IMG/VR virus record: IMGVR_UViG_3300036832_001498
Coordinates: 1,924 to 65,923 of that record
Length of the DNA stretch: 64,000 nt
Direction: 5' to 3' (one strand)
Source of the DNA: a virus
Lineage: Duplodnaviria; Caudoviricetes
The translations under genes were made by a program, and so were the position numbers. Below are positions 63,442 to 64,000 of the stretch, piece after piece; position 1 is the first letter of the stretch, and each line of letters begins with the position of its first letter. The notes under the pieces were generated by a model that had not been told where the DNA came from, did not search any database, and saw only the letters and a list, made by a program, of their open reading frames with translations.

Positions 63442-63599
63442 AATTTAACCGAACGTTGGGTTTTGTGTCAATGGGAAAAGCAGGGTTGTGGAGATTTTTA
63501 GCCAGTATTGATGCGGGTAAAGCGCTGGTGTTTTCACCAGACCCGCATGGAATGGCCTTAGAATTGCCTCTTGACAGGCTCTGGTGTCCGGAGTAGAAC
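63442..63599. promoter_or_regulatory. Divergent promoters: leftward TTGACA-N18-TAAATT (63471-63442), rightward TTGACA-N17-TAGAAC (63571-63599)
   Basis: Both -35 boxes perfect; AT-rich intergenic region where transcription direction switches. Confidence 0.65.
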
Positions 63600-63778
63600 C
63601 AACTGGTTTAACAGCACAACCTGTTCGCTCGACTGATCGACACCAGCAGTCAGCCCTCTCGGATCTCCCAAGGACTCTGCGCCGCCGACGCGCCATTTGT
63701 TCCAGGCTGTGCGCTTTAAATCCGAAGCAGCATTGAACCCGGGCAGTTTCACACACTCATCGCAGGAGGGTGAATTTC

Positions 63779-64000
63779 ATGCTGAGGGAGCCCATGCGCA
63801 AGCGCATGATTTCCGACAAGTTCTGGCGCGACGAGAAGGTCGGCCAGCTCACCCACTTCGAGCGTCTCCTGTTTATCGGCCTGTGGATGATGGCCGATGA
63901 CATCGGCGTTCTCGAGTTCGACGTGCACGAGATCAAGTGGTCGCTGTTTCCGAGCGATGAGGAGATCTCCAAGGAGGCCTGCCTGCGTGGCCTCGAGCAC
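63779..64000 (+). CDS. Replisome-organiser/initiator-like protein, N-terminus only (not in ORF track)
   Basis: AGGAGG RBS; MLREPMRKRMISDKFWRDEKVGQLTHFERLLFIGLWMMADDIG. Confidence 0.65.
   Translation, partial: MLREPMRKRMISDKFWRDEKVGQLTHFERLLFIGLWMMADDIGVLEFDVHEIKWSLFPSDEEISKEACLRGLEH

Noticed and set aside
1-64000. Alternative genetic code explaining split genes
   Set aside because: Long genes are intact in code 11, all three stops end genes, and the splits involve kilobase gaps rather than single stops.

Overview
The whole 64 kb reads as one temperate tailed-phage genome or a large part of one, with no host housekeeping genes. It is GC-rich, and a P22-like podovirus organisation is inferred from the portal, scaffold, SU10-like capsid, adaptor, nozzle and ejection genes and the lack of a tape measure. 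The style of its secreted glycan-active proteins suggests an Acidobacteriota host (inference only). Layout: replication and small rightward genes (1-7.5 kb); packaging, head, tail and ejection genes (7.5-41.1 kb); a GH moron, XRE regulator, tRNA-Phe, attP-like site and tyrosine integrase (41.7-45.0 kb); long leftward early operons with Xis-like, ParB-like, YqaJ/SSAP, methyltransferase and secreted FN3/PKD/beta-helix genes (45-63.4 kb); and a divergent promoter region with a second initiator-like gene running off the right edge. Most notable signals: (1) a candidate ~70-nt hairpin-seed-hairpin small RNA whose seed GCUGUGCUCCUU is antisense to an extended ribosome-binding motif AAGGAGCAC(A/G)GC at about 9 early/integrase gene starts; (2) a large terminase split into ATPase and nuclease genes 3.4 kb apart; (3) five proteins in that gap, plus one ejection-region protein, ending in the same F-(F/Y)-G-(E/G) tail; (4) a canonical -1 frameshift signal in an early gene; (5) a tail-nozzle gene that also appears split; (6) small ORFs nested inside the 2319-aa giant protein. 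All family calls come from motif recognition by eye; no database search was run.
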